Shown here piece by piece: positions 4,809 to 5,876 of a stretch of DNA of 5,876 bases. The position numbers and the translations under genes were made by a program. The stretch's first letter is position 1, and each line of letters opens with the position of its first letter. The stretch lies in the IMG/VR virus record IMGVR_UViG_3300045988_022706. One strand, written 5' to 3'. This stretch comes from a virus. The notes beneath the pieces were generated by a model. That model did not search any database. It saw only the letters and a program-made list of their open reading frames with translations, and was not told the DNA's origin.

Positions 4809-4977
4809 TGTTGAAAGTGTTGAAAACTCGTTTTTTTAACGTTATTACGTTTAATTATTGCCTTTTTCTATGTTGAAAACTTTGTTGAAAACTTGTTGAA
4901 TTGTTGAATGTTCGTCATTTTGACGAATTTCTTTGTGCAACTTGTTGTTGAAAACCTGTTGAAAGTGTTGAAAACTC
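4809..4977. repeat. Array of nine GTTGAA(A/T) iteron-like repeats in three clusters (starts 4810, 4819; 4872, 4884, 4895, 4903; 4947, 4958, 4967) with spacings of roughly 8-12 bp. It is bounded by a 21-bp perfect direct repeat TGTTGAAAGTGTTGAAAACTC (4809-4829 and 4957-4977). A 7-bp palindrome TTCGTCA-TTT-TGACGAA (4911-4927) sits between clusters.
   Basis: All repeat copies were located by direct reading. The near-helical phasing and A-tract content suggest protein-binding iterons and/or intrinsically curved DNA, which would fit an origin or control region. Confidence 0.8.
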
Positions 4978-5017
4978 AAGTTTTCCACATTCTCTATTTT
5001 CTGGATTATTGTTTCTT

Positions 5018-5054
5018 TGCGCGTGTGTGCACGTTTCGTGCGCGCGCGCGTATA
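5018..5054. repeat. Two strictly alternating purine-pyrimidine tracts, tgcgcgtgtgtgcacgt (5018-5034) and gtgcgcgcgcgcgtata (5038-5054, including (GC)5G). These are Z-DNA-prone and CpG-rich.
   Basis: Read directly. Both tracts are at least 17 nt of uninterrupted purine/pyrimidine alternation. Confidence 0.8.
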
Positions 5055-5115
5055 GTGATAATAGACTGTTTGCCTTACTGCAGCGGCAGCCACCCGCGTA
5101 GGGGGGCGTGACGCA

Positions 5116-5148
5116 AGGGGGGTCGCAAACCAATCTTGCGACCCCCCT
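5116..5148. other. Perfect 13-bp GC-rich hairpin AGGGGGGTCGCAA-(ACCAATC)-TTGCGACCCCCCT. A second G6 tract lies upstream at 5101-5106. It sits in the VP2 3' region and noncoding DNA, and is a candidate ssDNA structural element (complementary-strand origin, packaging signal or transcript 3' structure).
   Basis: 5116-5128 is the exact reverse complement of 5136-5148, with a 7-nt loop. The hairpin is not followed by a U-tract on either strand. Confidence 0.6.
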
Positions 5149-5229
5149 CTTCTATACATGATTTTGTTTTGGTTGCCGCTTGTCTGGTGTCCCCTGTGTT
5201 GGGGAAACCTTAGCTTTGCGCGGAAAGGG

Positions 5230-5876
5230 TTAATCTCCTTTGTACGGTTCTCCAGATTTGAACCCATCAATTAGTTTGCGTCTTCTTGCTGTCTTGTCGA
5301 TAGTATCTTTAGCTACTTTGTCAATGCCTCCTTTGGCTGCTTTACCAGCCTTTTTTACTGCGTCTTTCGCTGCTTTGCCTGCTCCTGCAAGGCCTGCGCC
5401 TAACTTGTTAGCTGCATAGCTGTACTGTTGCGCCTGTTTTGCGCTTGAGGTTGCCAGCTCGCTTGCTGCCTGTTCCCAGCTTTTCGCATTCTTAAACTGT
5501 TTTGCGCTGGTGGCCTGTTTTGCCAGCTGTAAGTATTTGTCTGCTAGCTCTGCTGTGTTGTTGCCGTATTCGTACATAGCGCTTACACTTGCAGCCTGTG
5601 CGCTCTGCTGGTTATAACGTTGGTTTCCAATGCTTGCTGATGCTCCGCTTGTTGACGCTGTTGCACCGTTGGTTGCTGCCAGAATAGGATTGATTCCCGC
5701 TGCAATCATGTCCTTCACGGTATCTTGATACGCTGTCCCGCGCATTTCCTTCTGAAATGCTCGTTCCGCTGCTGCTTCTGCGCTGTTGTACTTCTTGGCG
5801 CTTGCTTGGCTTCCAGCATTTGCAAGGTTGCTCAGTAGTCCGCTCATCATTTGCAGTGCGTTTGCGGTGTTTACGC
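5230..5876 (-). CDS. VP2: Minor capsid / DNA pilot protein VP2: the C-terminal 206 aa plus 26 nt of upstream in-frame sequence. The ORF continues past the window end into positions 56-281 through circular closure.
   Basis: The conserved pilot-protein block ...AAAERAFQKEMRGTAYQDTVKDMIAAGINPILA... is present, together with Gly/Ala/Lys-rich low-complexity repeats such as AGKAAKDAVKKAGKAAKGG. These features, and the gene's position after VP1, are typical of microvirus VP2. Confidence 0.85.
   Translation of the reverse strand, partial: VNTANALQMMSGLLSNLANAGSQASAKKYNSAEAAAERAFQKEMRGTAYQDTVKDMIAAGINPILAATNGATASTSGASASIGNQRYNQQSAQAASVSAMYEYGNNTAELADKYLQLAKQATSAKQFKNAKSWEQAASELATSSAKQAQQYSYAANKLGAGLAGAGKAAKDAVKKAGKAAKGGIDKVAKDTIDKTARRRKLIDGFKSGEPYKGD

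Noticed and set aside
4851-5270. 139-aa minus-strand ORF spanning the large noncoding region (and the 72-aa ORF at 4915..5133).
   Set aside because: It starts 40 nt inside VP2 in another frame without an RBS. It reads straight through the palindromes, Z-DNA tracts and iterons, producing repetitive FQQ/FNN/FNK motifs and an Arg-rich low-complexity sequence. Repeat DNA commonly stays open by chance. It is kept as a caveat: conservation of this frame in relatives would overturn the rejection.
1-5876. Searched for tRNA, CRISPR repeats, integrase/transposase genes and host-derived flanks.
   Set aside because: None was found. The entire window is accounted for by one circular phage genome, so there is no sign of an integrated prophage junction or mobile-element boundaries.

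Overview
This window appears to be a complete, circularly permuted genome of a small ssDNA phage of the family Microviridae, gokushovirus-like, with a unit length of 5821 nt. Positions 1-55 are an exact copy of 5822-5876, so the contig closes on itself. Every credible gene lies on the minus strand of the window, which is therefore the viral (mRNA-sense) strand. Reading in the direction of transcription, the genes are: major capsid protein VP1 (320..1993), an intrinsic terminator (282..309), minor capsid/DNA-pilot protein VP2 (starts at about 281, crosses the circular junction, ends at 5230), a ~500-bp noncoding region rich in repeats and secondary structure (4730..5229), the HUH rolling-circle replication initiator VP4 (3725..4729), an AT-rich intergenic region carrying a near-consensus sigma70-type promoter (3563..3591), a 65-aa ORF, a peptidase-M15 (zinc D-Ala-D-Ala carboxypeptidase-like) lysis enzyme, two 38-aa ORFs that fall below the ORF-track size cut-off (one strongly basic and J/VP8-like), an 84-95-aa ORF, and a 141-aa ORF that runs back into VP1. 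No tRNA, rRNA, CRISPR array or integrase was seen. The parts most worth a second look are the unusually large noncoding region, the terminator that sits between VP1 and VP2, the 38-aa ORFs the ORF track missed, the in-frame 18-bp tandem repeat in VP2, and translation-initiation regions that suggest a host which uses Shine-Dalgarno sites and sigma70-type promoters. That noncoding region contains helically phased GTTGAA(A)AC iterons, a central palindrome, a (TAG)6 microsatellite, Z-DNA-prone CG/TG tracts and a G6/C6 perfect hairpin.
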